Shown: positions 1-12,806 of the stretch, one piece after another
Position numbering within the stretch: the stretch's first letter is position 1
How the letters are laid out: the number at the start of each line of letters is the position of its first letter
The notes under the pieces: generated by a model
The model's input: only the letters and a program-made list of their open reading frames with translations
What the model was told of the DNA's origin: nothing
Databases searched by the model: none
NCBI RefSeq assembly: GCF_040938485.1
Contig: NW_027271431.1
Location: 2,852,001 to 2,916,000 of the forward strand
DNA from: Diadema antillarum
Taxonomy: Eukaryota
DNA length: 64,000 bases
Direction of reading: 5' to 3'
Made by a program: the position numbers and the translations under genes

Positions 1-15
1 TTTCTTCTCATCATA
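1..15 (-). CDS. Start of a probable internal exon of the unidentified left-hand gene (runs off the window); reads YDEKK in phase 0
   Basis: Minus-strand acceptor GTGATTTTCTTTCAG immediately before TATGATGAGAAGAAA. It is compatible with the phase-0 donors of the candidate first exons upstream. Only 15 nt are visible. Confidence 0.4.
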
Positions 16-3000
16 CTGAAAGAAAATCACGAAGTGTCTGTCACTATATAATACAGATTTGTTGTTGGCTCTGCCGTTTGTTGTGTACAGCACTGCCTAA
101 CTGGGGTGTAAACAACAGCCCGAGCCAGGCTGACTTGCGAAATGTTTCAAAAGGACTCAAATAGTGCATGGAGTCACCTGACAAAAAAAAAAAAAAAAAT
201 ATCAAATCAACACAGTAACCTTCACACAATAGAGCAGGCCATACTCTGCAGCATGCACTATTCCCGCCTGATCTTTCAGCACAGTTGCATCACAACTATC
301 ACTAAAAGTGAAATGCCACAATTTTTCTAATATCATGATCTTTCCATGTCGATGTGAATTGTCCTCATGTTTTAGGCATTTCACGAAGTTCAGTGGCAAA
401 GTATTACTACCCTCCTCCATGAAAATTTATCGCTGAGTGACCTTTGACCCTCATGTGATTTGACCCCAGTGCCCCTTGCAATCCCTACCACTGTCTCCTG
501 CCAACAATCCTTGGTCTTGTAGTCATAGCACTCACTGATGCAAAATGCTGTGCTTGCTTTCAGGGTGGCAGCTTTCACTTACTCAGTGTTTAATACGCAT
601 CTGTAATATGATAGACTTTTCTTTTGTTACACATTAGATTATGTTATAACATTGTTACATTTTATGGTCCTCTTGGATCCAACATGTTTGGGGAAAACCA
701 TGCAACACGAAGCTGAATAAAGGAACTTGACTTGGCCCACGACTCGTGGCAAATGGGCCAAAGTGTGAGAAATATGATGCCATGTGACTTAAATAAAAAG
801 GAAACCAACCATTCAAACTTAGACCTTTCCATAGTAGTCAAATATTACTGCTACAGTTTCCAACAGCTTGAGGACTACACTATATAATGTCTAGGTTTTC
901 ACTTCTTAACTTGAACCTGAAACTTGTAATATGAGAAGAGGTCAGGTTGTGGGGACGTTTTCGTCAAACAGGCGTGGGCCCAGAATTCTGCAGTTTGTTC
1001 ACAAGTGAATCCTTGTCTCTGTCTCAGGCTAGTGGAATGTCTTGCCAAAGGATTGGTTTCGGCAGATTTTACATACAAAATCCGTAAACGGCACACTCTA
1101 GGAACACCCAGCATTGTTGGGACTTCACAGTTTATACCCTACGTATAGCAGGCCTCTCAACACCACTGAAGCATGAACGGATCCCACAAAGTCCTTCCTT
1201 TTTACGATTTTCTGCTGGATGCCCACAAATAGACAATTGCTTGCTAAAAACAACAACACTGCAGTGTGACTATCACAGATAGGATGAAAAATGTGTTGCC
1301 ATATGTTCTGTTGCCGTAGTTTCTGCCATGAGTAAAAGTAGGACCTACAGCTTACTTAGAAAAAATCTGTTATCATATCATAAAACATTTGTATTTATAC
1401 TGTACTGGCATTCTCAAGTAACTTTCACTGTTCTGTATCAGTGACTACACAGTAATGGCCAGAAATGAAACAATTTTCATACACTGTTCTACTTCATCTA
1501 GAGTGATTGTCCAAAAGTGATAAGTCACAAGACCCTTCACAAAGAAGTAAGGAGAAAAATGAGAAATTTACCAGCAAGAGGTCACTATGAATTTAAATCT
1601 GGAAATTACCAACATTGAACTTTTTGCAACATATTTTCTTCTTTATTGATAACATAGTCTTGATTAAAACTCACCCAATTTCACATTCTTTACTTTAGAC
1701 TTGATAAATCACCCCCACCCTCCATTTAAATTGAATTATCAAAGCTTAAATTATCTACATTTTAATTAATTGATTTTTATGCTTCTAGTGCCTCCCCCAT
1801 CCCCACCCCCCCCCCCCCCCCCCCAATAAAAATGTTCACAAGTTGTTACACTAGTTTTGTGCCCCTTCAGCACAGTCCTGAGAGAGGGCTTCTTACAAGT
1901 ACCTGATATGACTAAAACGCTCTGGCTTTAATTGCAAGGAACAAACCCATCTGCTATCTCATTAGTTGTTTGATGAGTCATTCTCAGGCCATAAACCTGG
2001 GTACTTACAATTCAGCAGATGTAATGCAGACATCTACAAGTATCATAGCAAATCAGTAGGTAAATGTCTGAACACTTGTTTAGTCAGATGTAATTAGATA
2101 CAAATTGAAGCACAGGTGTACTGTGATCCAGGATGTTTACTTTAGGGTTGTAGCAAAAGGACATGAGAAAAAATTTATTCAACATCAAATTTTGTGCATG
2201 TCTTATTACAGAGATGTTTCTGGCCAAGAATTACTTGACATCACAGCAACTTAGAAACAAATGTACATTGGATCATAAGAATTGATATGCATATCAAAGA
2301 ATGTGTGGATGGATACATTTATTACAAGCTCTTGAGGGAGGGGGAGAATATCCATAGATTTGATATTCACTTTAAATATATTAGTTAAGAAGTTGTGGAC
2401 ATTGTTAGCAATCTAAAAAATAAAAAAAGGTAAAATATGAATTGTGAAATACCTGTAAATGGGTTGTGAAATACTTGTAAATAGGTTGTAAAAGAACTGA
2501 CTACAATCTACATACATTAATTAGTAAACTAGTTTAATATGGACAATGTGGAAATCCCCTGAGGAAAAAAAAATCTGTTGTAAAAGAATCATAAACTCAA
2601 AAGTGAGGAAGTTTTGTATGTCAAAAGAGGGCTAAACACACTTTTCTTTTATATTCACAAGAATGCACTATTGAAAAAGTATTAATAAGTGCATTTCTAA
2701 GAAATGCCTGACAATGTTGATTTTTATCTCTGAAAGCATCAATGAGTGATGTAACATCCATAATTGCTACACGCAATATCAAAGCTGTTTTGTAATCATA
2801 AGTATGAAAAGTTATGGATATCTTTCCTCTGAAATGACCTACACCTGTAGTGATAAGCACAAAGTACTTTGTAGGCACACGGCCTTAGGCTTCATCATAA
2901 GTTGGTAATTGTACTAATATCATGTTTTACTCTCCTAAAATACTATTTATTCAATACAGGGGTATAGTAAAAAAAAAAGTCATAAAAAAAAAAAAACGGC

Positions 3001-3575
3001 TGGACGATTCTACATGCTTGATCAGTAATCTTTATTGCATTTTGGTTTGACTTGTATGCTGAAAATACATGTATACAATCAAATTAAGACAAAAATGTTT
3101 CAAATACAATATCACAAATCAAAACAAAAATGTTTTAAACCTACACAGCAGAAAGAAATTGATAGAAACCAGGTACAAGTAATGGATTTTCTCTCACTCT
3201 TGGCATATGCCGAAAATGCGAAAATAGACTATATCATAGAATATGAGTTTTTGGCTATCAAAATTACCTTTTTGTAACCTTGTCACTAAGATGTCAACTT
3301 ATTCATACAAGTGTACAAACCAAAAGATACCTCTGCTAAACATTCAATGATTATTGTTTTTTAATCACTGCAAGAGAGTAAAAGCTACAAGTTTTGTAAG
3401 ACAGTACCTGGCACTTGATTAGTTGCTTCCCTGTTACACTCAGTTGCACAGTTAGACTGGGTGGGTCATTACGTTAACAAGTTCATATCAAACAAAACTG
3501 GGATTGGCACTCCGGCATGTATACAAGTGCAATACAATTAATTCAAAATCAAGGAACGAAACATACATGTCCTAC

Positions 3576-3647
3576 CGTTGTTTCTCTCAGTCTCGACTTG
3601 TTCTCCTTGAGCTGCGCCAGCACAGTATTCACATGCTCCTTAAACAT
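3576..3647 (-). CDS. Candidate alternative first coding exon of the left-hand gene: MFKEHVNTVLAQLKENKSRLRETT
   Basis: ATCATC-ATG start, 72 nt open (24 codons), phase-0 donor ACG|GTAGGA. It lies downstream of a CpG-retaining patch at ~3950-4200. Confidence 0.5.
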
Positions 3648-3949
3648 GATGATTCAAACTATCAAGCAATCCTAAACACTACGAAAAACTTGGGACGCAA
3701 AACTGACATGGTACAGGGTATATCCACAAAGTGAGAGTTCGTAGGCATCATCCAGAAAGGTTCAGTATCCAATCATTGTGTTTTGCATGTACCAAGAACA
3801 GCCACTATTGAGGCAGACTCCAGAGTGAAAGTAGAATAAATGGAAATACAATGCTTGTGTTGATGGTGAACAATAGAAATAGACCCAGATGCTGCTTTCA
3901 AAATACACAATAGCACTCCAGATGCTGTACACACTGTTGCAGCCATCCT

Positions 3950-4200
3950 GCGCCCTGATTGGACGATATTTCTCCGCAAGTAGGGACCTTGCACACATCT
4001 ATTTCATATTTCGCACCGAGTAGGTATGGCACCGCAACCCCCTACCGGTAATCAATAAAATCAGATTAAAACAGTGCGGTTACTTCCACCCCAGCGCTAA
4101 TGAGACACAACCCTGGCGAGTAACACGACAACCTCTGCAAAAACTGTTTCGGAGCACAGCAGTAGCAGCAGCAGGGAAGGGGCTACACATTGAGTCATTC
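3950..4200 (-). promoter_or_regulatory. Intronic CpG-retaining patch, putative alternative promoter
   Basis: Many CpGs within otherwise CpG-poor intron. CCAAT box (CTGATTGG on +) near 3957 and AP-1-like TGAGTCA near 4191. Confidence 0.35.
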
Positions 4201-5108
4201 CTAATCATGACCTAATAATGGCACAAACAAAAGGATGATGACCTTGCCAGGTTTAGATTGATATGTGATAGGTATGTATACATAGAAACATCTACATTAT
4301 CTAGTTTTCGACTAAAATTAGCATGCATACACTTTATCTGCACAGATGTGCTCAAATGAAGAGGGATATAGTACTGTAGCATCACTGGGACATTATCATA
4401 GATATATTGTGTTAAAAGACATACAAGTGGTACACTTGTATCAGAATCACATTTACGCCTTTCCTGTAAAAAAATAAACTCATTCCTCATTTGATTTTTA
4501 GTTTGCTTTCATTCTCTGTTGAATCAATGTCTTATGGTGAAGGTATGCCATCAGTTGTTATCATTGGCAGGTTTTTGTTTTTCTTTTTTCTTTTTAGCTT
4601 TTAATACTTAAAATATGGAAAAGGTTTGCCCTGCTTCACGCACAGCTTCAAAGTCATTCAACTTGATTTTTAGTAGAGTAGAGTTCATCCTGCATCATTT
4701 CTGCACAGCTTTTGAGCTCTAACTACCTGAAACCTGATGCCGTGCCAAGAATCAAACTGATCCTTGCAAACAAATAACGGGAGAGGAAGAGAGCTGGACA
4801 AAATACAGAGAGTGACTCTTGTGAAACGGTAAGGCTATAGAAGCTGATCCAGTGAACTTGGCAAACTTTACTTTGTATGGTTCACTGCCTTTGTAAGATA
4901 TTACTCCCAGGAGATAGCTGACGAGGACCTTACAGTATTATGTGGAAGAATGAGGAGGAAAACATGTCAGTCTATGGTATGATATTCAGAACTTTGCAAA
5001 CATATGATGACATATCAAAGCTCCACTGCAGACACGAGTTCCATGGAAAGACTTCTGAATAAATCCTTTCAATCACTGCAGTTGTTCAGACACATTTGAT
5101 CAACTTAA

Positions 5109-5169
5109 CCCGTTCCATACGGCCTGTGTATTAAGTCTATAGGAATTTCACAATTCAGTATCGAACAGG
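5109..5169. mobile_element. 61-bp piggyBac-like micro-MITE
   Basis: TTAA|CCCGTTCCATAC ... GTATCGAACAGG|TTAG; 12-bp TIR with 2 mismatches and a degenerate TTAA TSD. Confidence 0.5.
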
Positions 5170-5443
5170 TTAGATACTTGAATTGTAGGTCTATACAGAT
5201 TGCGCATTCACCATTCTGATTACTTCTTACTGTAGTTTGGCCGTTGCAGAGAAATTCTGAATCTAAAATCATAAAAACTAACAATGATCAGAAAATCTTC
5301 AGAACTATCATCTACTGTGAAGATACATTGTAGGCATGACAATAATGGAAAACATTCGGTGTGGAAGACATTTAGCCTAATACCACTACATGTAGTTGAG
5401 ATATTGTGACTGGCTTGGGCTTTGCGGAGGGTGATCCATGCAT

Positions 5444-5817
5444 GGTTTACTCCCACTTGGTCTAAAATCACCATTTTAAATAGTCCCAACCTACATGCAT
5501 GGTCTATTATCCCGATTTGTCTACAACCAGTTCATCTACTAGGTTGCAGTCATTCAGTCACTTCCAGTTCATCTGCTTCCAGATGGTCTATGTCCATTTT
5601 GTCTACTAGTACCCATGGCATAAATGCTATGGGAAAAATCCCAAGGAGATGAAATTACAATGAGACCATCTGGTCATTACATTAGATAAAACGATAATCA
5701 CCCAAACTGGGCATTAGACCAAGTGAGGATTGGACTAAACGTGCATAATTAGACAAAACTGATAGTCGACCAAAAGAGTTTAGCCATACTAGTGTTAGAC
5801 AAACTGGGAAGTACACC
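5444..5817. mobile_element. MITE with AT TSD and subterminal TAGAC(C/A)AA repeats (ISL2EU-like or foldback type)
   Basis: AT|GGTTTACTCCCACTTGGTCTA ... TAGACAAACTGGGAAGTACACC|AT; repeated TAGACCAA/TAGACAAA motifs on the right, mirrored as TTGGTCTA/TTTGTCTA on the left. Confidence 0.6.
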
Positions 5818-5874
5818 ATCTGATTTTACACCAAGTGGCAATAAACCTTGTGGAGCACTGTGTAGGATAGCTAC

Positions 5875-5889
5875 CTGGTCTGCAGCCAT
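5875..5889 (-). CDS. Candidate alternative first coding exon of the left-hand gene: MAADQ
   Basis: Strong start context GTAAAC-ATGGCTGCAGACCAG followed by phase-0 donor |GTAGCT. Confidence 0.35.
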
Positions 5890-8800
5890 GTTTACATCCA
5901 CTTTTACTGCAGACAGCAAACCTGAGCTTGCAATGGGATCCCCTCTGCGCGCCTGGTAAGCCCTGACATGAGACAAGTGCGGGGTCACTTCTGGCCATTC
6001 CACAAGGGAGAAATCTGCTTCTCATTAACGCCACAATGTGACCCATTCAAAATTAGCAGGTCAATGGGTATTTTGACGGATAGTGAGTAATCAATTTGGA
6101 AACATCTATTAGACTGTACAGATATACAACTGACCCCCCCCCCCCCACTTTATTATCCAGACAAACAAGAAAAGCATCTACCTAGATAGATTTGGGATAG
6201 GCAATGAGAATTTCTATATAAGGTCATCTAATTTTATGCAACATCTTCATGTAGCCACTGGCAAGCAGGTAAATTGAAATATCATAAGCATTTTACCACC
6301 TGAATGTGATCATGCACTACTTCTGAAAGCCTCCTCATTTGGTTTTGTATTACTACATCTAGGTATATCAGTTCATCCTCTTATCAAGTTTCATCTACAC
6401 ATACCGTACAACACCCATCTCATCAATGAACGTTACACTGTACATGCTGAGAAATCTCAAGGTTCTAAAGAAGAAGACTGTATAGCAATTTGAATATGCA
6501 GGAGTTGAAAGCACTTTTGAAACAGCTCATGCAAAACAAAACGACAACGACCCAGAGTCTCTAAAAAGGATGGGTCGGGTTTACAATTTCAAGCAAACTA
6601 AGTAAAGGCACCGGATATGCAAGATTGCTTCATATGTGTATTGACAGGGCTGCTTGCAGTGATATTGTATGAGGCACTCACAGGCGCAGCAAACTACATG
6701 TATACCCCCTAAACAACGCCTCTCACTCCTGGCTGGCTCACAGGCCATCATTTCATGTGATTTATTTCCATCGTACGTGCATAGGTCATTTCTCTCTCTT
6801 TCCCTGCACACTGACTGGGTCTGCATGCTACAATTATAGGCTGCTGCTGTGGAGAGGAGAGAGGAAAATCTGTGGCCATTGGCTTTGTTCAAATTAAATG
6901 ACAGAAATTTATACCAACACATTTTTATTTGTTTTTTTCCTCTTGGCAATTCTTATTTTCACCAGTCTGCCACCTATCTTACCCTATCAGCTCTACTTCA
7001 TCATCAGATGATATTGCACTAAATCTCTATAGTTCACCCTTTACTACACTCGTTTTGTTCTTCTGTAAGTATCACCCTTGCACATAAAATGTGTGATAAC
7101 AGGCCCATCAAATAATATAAAGAATGAATTACACTGACCAGCCATGGCCTGATGACAACAAGCAAGGAATATAGTCTACCAGGTCTCACTACGAGATGCT
7201 GCAACTGCATTTTCATCAAGTTTGTAATTTAAACAAAGGGATACCAGAGACCCAATCATTTTTACTCACAATATCTCTATCATGGTCGAGAAAGACTTGT
7301 GTTGTGCAGTTTTTCAATCCTCCCCAACTGACAAAAGTCTTCCATTCATGCCACATTAGACTAGAAAACTGCCTATTATCGATACGTACGACTCCCCCCT
7401 CCCCCCCCCCCCATCTCTATCGAGGGATTAGTAATCATTGTCTGTTGTGATAATTGTCGTTGCTATGGCATTAAACTAAAATGATCTATGATCATATGTT
7501 TTTGCTTCACTTGCAAGGTAACTGCAATTATTGCAAGGTGCCACTGTTTATGACCCTGTAATAATAATTAAAAAAAACAGGGCTCAGTCATGACGCAAGT
7601 AATGGATGTCTTACTACTCAGTGCATCATTAGTATCAAGGCCATGCTATGAAGGCCATTGTGTACAAAGTCCATCCTATGGAGTTATCAACCTTTTAGCA
7701 TGATGATGAATGGGACTAATTAATGAGAGGAGCAGATTAAGGTACAGCAGGGCACTCAGTGGTATTTCCCACTGATGACTACAGGTATATGACAACATCA
7801 GGTTGATGATAGCACATGCCACAGGTGAAGAATATTCGGCTAATGAGTCAATGTCTCACAATATGAATTACTGATATCTAAGCAATTTGCCAAACAAGTC
7901 GGTGTCATGCAAAGTGTTGATGCCCACTAGTACACTGTACTGGCAGTAGCAGATCAAGTGATAACGGTAATCTGTAAACAGGAATGCCACACGACTGCAG
8001 TATCACTCTACAAACTATATCTCAATTTCTTGATTGCAGGCTTAGCGAGAGAATTATACAGTCTGCAATACCAAGCTACCTGTATTTGGCTCAGCTGTCT
8101 ACTTTGATGTCCAGTCAACCTTTTCGTTTTTCTTCAAAGCCAATAAAAAGCCAATAAAAAAGAAATGATTTAAACCTCTGTCTCGACTGTGAAACTCTTT
8201 GTGAGGCTTGTGAAAGGATAGATCTCAAATAGTCTCCTTATAATTCATCAAAGTGACACTAGATTTGAATGAGAGATTTAAGCACATACATGATGTGCGC
8301 ATGAGTAAGGTTGTGGTACTACATGTAATCTAAGATACAACTGTATATTATAGCCTGGGGCTCTCAATTGTATCAATAGATCAATCAGGGGAATATCTTG
8401 TCTGCAGCGCTGCCGACTGGTTACAAGTGGAAAAAAATACCTTGTACATTCTGTATTTAGTATAAACAGGCTCATGTCAATCAAAAACTCAATATCTATG
8501 TTATCACTTTTATAGGTGCAGTCAGGTAAACATCATTCCATTTTCCATGGGAACATTCATCGCATAGTGAAGAATGCTTTAGACTCCAAGAAGAAGTAGG
8601 CCTACATGACCTACCAATGTACATTGCTGTTTAGGAATAAAAATCCTGCTTGGAACAAATATCCTAAAGATGTTTTGTACACAAATGTGCCTCTTGACAC
8701 AGAACTTTGTAAAATGTGTTTGTGACCATTCTGGCGGAATAAAGCCCATATTACCACTTCCATGTCTGTGTGTATGTCTGGTGGCCATAATCACGATTCA

Positions 8801-9618
8801 TAATACCTCTTTTATATCCATCTTGCTGTAATGTCTCCCCTCATTACTCTAAGATCGCATTGTATGCGTTATGCTACATTAAGCTGCTGACAAAGAAATT
8901 TGACTTCGAGAAAGAGCATTCATTTAGCTGCAGTCAATGAGACATATGTCCAAAGTCCAACTTGATCCAAGTTCAAAATCTGCTATTAGAAGGCAAACAA
9001 TTGATCATGTATGCCATCAGGTGCTGTTAGAATGTATCAATGACACTGGGGGTTTATCTCATTTGACATGCTTGAGCTGTTCTTAGTAGCTACACCTTTC
9101 ATAGCAGTTTCTCAGTGTACCTGCAGCTTCTGTCACCTACATCAATGTAACAACTGAAGCACAAAAATGCTCGGGGTAGTTCACAGGAACAAATGCATGC
9201 ATAATATGTGAACAAAACTTTTACATCTACACTTGTATGACTTTACCTCATAAGGAACACTGCACAGCAATCTACAAAACTTGGTATATTGGTGATAACA
9301 AACATTTGAGAAATTGTGCACACAGTAGCTAAACTCCCTGATATCAATTGTTCTGCTCAATGATAACTTGTGAATAGATTATTTTGTTAATGTTGTGTGT
9401 TTTAATATTTAATATGGCTATTTAGAGAGTCAACACCAATTTCACTGCAGGAGATGTTTCTTTTTCCCTTCATCTTCTTCTGCTCTTGGCATCATCACGA
9501 CATCAGATTCATTTTTCCCCCTAACATTAGGTCTAGACATTTTACAGTCACATCTGGTCATCAACATGATGTCGATGCGAGGGTGGCACAAACAATGATA
9601 CCATGTCCATAATATGAC

Positions 9619-9646
9619 CTTCTTCTTCTTCTTCTTCTTCTTCTTC
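9619..9646. repeat. (CTT)n microsatellite
   Basis: About 9 perfect units. Confidence 0.95.
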
Positions 9647-9955
9647 TGTAATCTTCAGAGGGCTTTTTGCAGCTTATCACTAAGATGAGTACAACTTGTG
9701 TGCACATGATGATCCAATGAGAGGAGGGGTGTGGTTAATCACAAGGTGTGATTTTAAGGTGGGTCATTAAAAGCTCCTTGACCTTGAACTGTTCAAGGAC
9801 CTATATTTTATATAGGCCCTAAATAATATCACATGACACAGGAAATAGACTTAAATTTATCTACAACAAGATGAAGTAAAGGCAGAAACAAATGCAGAAT
9901 CTCAGCAGTGACAAGATTTATTTTTTTTTCTTTCTTTTTATGGACGTAGATTTAC

Positions 9956-10042
9956 CTTGAAATCCTTGAAGCCAGTGATGGCGATGCTGTGTGGCCGCCT
10001 GCGGCTGGTGGCCTCACGATCACGATCTCGTTTCTCGCTCAT
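9956..10042 (-). CDS. First coding exon of an unidentified minus-strand gene: MSEKRDRDREATSRRRPHSIAITGFKDFK
   Basis: 87-nt ORF with GC-rich coding-like codon usage. Acceptor TTTCATCAG|GAAAG-ATG at 10047 and phase-0 donor AAG|GTAAAT at 9955. Protein family not recognised. Confidence 0.75.
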
Positions 10043-10149
10043 CTTTCCTGATGAAATTACAGTTTTTTGCCTTTTGAAAAAATCCCAGATAGAATACAGG
10101 ATCCAGCTTTATCCTAAATAATCCTCCGTTATCCCGTAATATCCAGATG

Positions 10150-10620
10150 GTAGAGGTCAACGACCTGGTAGAAAATTGTCATTTCAAATAATTTAATCGA
10201 ACAGGTGAGATGTTTACTCCAGTAGTCGTCGATGCTTCAGCAGCACTACTAGCACAGGAGACTTCCGGTTACCAGTTGGTAGTAAAGAATACGAAGACAT
10301 GCTGTGCGTGGCATTTGGTTTCCGTACCATCCCGCACACGACTTCATGGATGCGATGATGATCAGTGAGAGCGCGCCGCAATTCTAATAATTAGACCAAT
10401 GACTAAAAGTTTGATACACAGAATGACCGTTGATGGCGTAAGTACCTGAGCGAACAAGCTTGGAGTGATTGCGACCAAATCGTTTGCCAAATCGTGACTG
10501 AGTACAATGTTCGTCCGATTATAAATTCGGAGGAAACCATTGCAATTAAAGTATTTTTCCTCCGATCCACGCCATGTTCAAGCTAGCTCTAATAATCAAA
10601 GTCACATTTAAGCAAATAGA
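10150..10620 (-). promoter_or_regulatory. CpG-rich promoter and non-coding first exon of the left-hand gene (donor CTCAG|GTACTT at ~10446)
   Basis: Sharp switch from CpG-poor to CpG-rich sequence. ETS-like ACTTCCGG at ~10261 and a GT donor upstream of the 10047 acceptor. Confidence 0.55.
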
Positions 10621-11323
10621 TTGATAAAATGTTTATCATGTAAGTCCTTGATAAAAGAAGGACTTTGAAATGTTGACATGTCGTCATAAAACAATGTTAT
10701 TAGTCGCAACCACATACCCAATAAGGTATATGTCTCCAATTATTATTAAATGACTAAAATATATTGCATGAGATCGAACAGAAGAAGGTCTCCTTTGCAT
10801 CAAAATATTGTTGTGTTGTGACAGTTGTTGTGTTTATGAAAAATGGGGCCCTACGCCAAAAAATAATTTGCCCCAGACAATACTGGCATCAAATCAGACG
10901 ATAAACAGCTCAAACATTATTCTTATTACATTAAAGACTTTTTGCTAAAATGTCTCCACGAGGGAGCTCATAATCAATGCCTCCACGTGAGAAGCTCATC
11001 CATGATAATGTTAATTATTTCGATGATAATTGATAATTGTGAAAATAATCATGTCTCTTCGAGGGAACTCTTATGAAAGGAAAGGAAGGTATAAGACTAT
11101 AAAGATATGGATCAAAGAGGAGGAAAAAAAAAGAAATAAAAAAAGGTAGTGTCCCCACGCAGGAGCTCGTATCCCTAGTACTAACATTAAATAAGATTGT
11201 GAAATGGTCTCACACACAGACTAAATGCGATTGTGTTGTCACCTAAAAGCCACAAAACAATAATTTCAGGGGTAAAGGGGTCCGGACGGTGCATGTTGTT
11301 ACTAAATTCCTGACAAAACCATT

Positions 11324-11360
<37 letters not shown>
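11324..11360. repeat. (AAC)12 microsatellite
   Basis: Perfect trinucleotide run. Confidence 0.95.
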
Positions 11361-11492
11361 ATCAAACAAACAAAAACAAGATTCTACCAATGTACATGCA
11401 AAAAACCGTATCAACTGGAGAGTTGTTAATATCATTCTCTTCAGTCATACCTCTCCCTTCGATTTAATTTACATGTGGTTATGAACAATATT

Positions 11493-11622
11493 CGTCTGTC
11501 CGGAGATCGTAGGTTCGAATCCTGCTCGAGCACCTTATACGCCCATGATTTCTTTTATCATGGCTACTACTGAACACTGATCAATTCAGTGCTTATTTAC
11601 GTCGATGTCAATCAGTTGCAAT
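11493..11622 (+). mobile_element. tRNA-derived SINE, 5'-truncated copy
   Basis: B-box GGTTCGAATCC at 11512-11522; body similar to the copy at 11721-11897. Confidence 0.7.
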
Positions 11623-11720
11623 GAACACATCTCGACGGAAGAACTTCATGAATTTGAATATACGCAATACCCGCTGCATGCTATAAGGATTATAGAACCA
11701 ACACTTGCTGTCGGGCGGAA

Positions 11721-11897
11721 GCTCGGAGGTCTAGTGGAGATGACGTCTGTCCGGAGTTGATCAGGAGGTCGTAGGTTCGAATCCTGCTCGAGTACGTACG
11801 CCCATGATTTCTTTTGTCATGGTTACTATACTAACACTGATAAATTCAGGCAATATTTACGTCGATGTTGGGCAATTTTGTCAATCAGTTGCAATAT
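11721..11897 (+). mobile_element. tRNA-derived SINE, near full head
   Basis: A-box-like GGTCTAGTGG, B-box GGTTCGAATCC (11774-11784), T-stem GTAGG/CCTGC, followed by a non-tRNA body shared with the 11493 and 27345 copies. Confidence 0.75.
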
Positions 11898-12109
11898 CAC
11901 TTAATAATAATTGTGGGATACATGTGAAAACATGTTGAACTCACTGAAACGATTTAACTCCATTTGTGTTGAGATAATTGCAATCAAAGCTACTAAAATG
12001 AAAATAGTAAGAAAGTGTTGGATATTGTCATAATTACTGAAAGAATATTATACTACTTATGTAACATAGGGTATCACTGAAGTATACTGAATAAAATACT
12101 GAAGTTCAT

Positions 12110-12806
12110 TCTTACCCTACTAGACAAAAAGATTCTTTTCATCTTTCTCCTGTACGAACCGTATCTGCTTTAAAAACAATAACCACTACAGGACCTAAAT
12201 TTTGGAATGAGTTGGATAGAGAAATAATCCAATCTCAGTCTCTTTATTCATTTAAACATAAACTTAAACTAGTTTTTCTGAATTCATATCTATAGCTATT
12301 CTTCAATCCTCCTCGATATTCTCTGTTCATACTTCACATTACTGACATTATCGATTATGTAACATGTGCCTCGCTCGTGATTTCTGTATTATCTCCTGAA
12401 CTTCCTTTGTACACATTTGGTATCTCTGCTATTGTACACTGCATCTGACTTGTACCTCGCTCGGGTGATCACGCAACACTCAAGAAGTCTGTGCCGCGGA
12501 CATTGTTTTCATTGTTTTCTTTTTTCTTGTTCTTTTTACTTTTTGGCGTTTATATTTCTCCAATTCAGAAATTGTCATTCCTTTAATTACATACCCAAGT
12601 AAGAAATAATCTCACATCCGCATCTGGGAATCTACACCCTACAAGCAATGCTTCTATGTAGATTCCTCATATTATCACATGTTTTATTGTCTTATAAGCT
12701 GTACGTGACAATTCATCCAGGCTTTTGTATCGTGATGTCTATGTTTTATGTATTTGTTGAAATGTGGAATATGGAACAATAAAAAACAAACAAAAAACAA
12801 ACAAAC
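12110..12806 (+). mobile_element. 3' end of an L2/Crack-like LINE (ORF2 C-terminus, 3' UTR, A-rich tail)
   Basis: Translates TRQKDSFHLSPVRTVSALKTITTTGPKFWNELDREIIQSQSLYSFKHKLKLVFLNSYL*, a typical CR1/L2 ORF2 end. 3' stem-loop GGAATCTACA...TGTAGATTCC (12627-12666) and an AAAC-type tail. Confidence 0.75.

Noticed and set aside
11721-11792. Possible tRNA gene
   Set aside because: Only a 6-bp acceptor-like stem and an irregular anticodon arm, no oligo-T terminator, and it continues into a body shared by three copies; this fits a SINE head.
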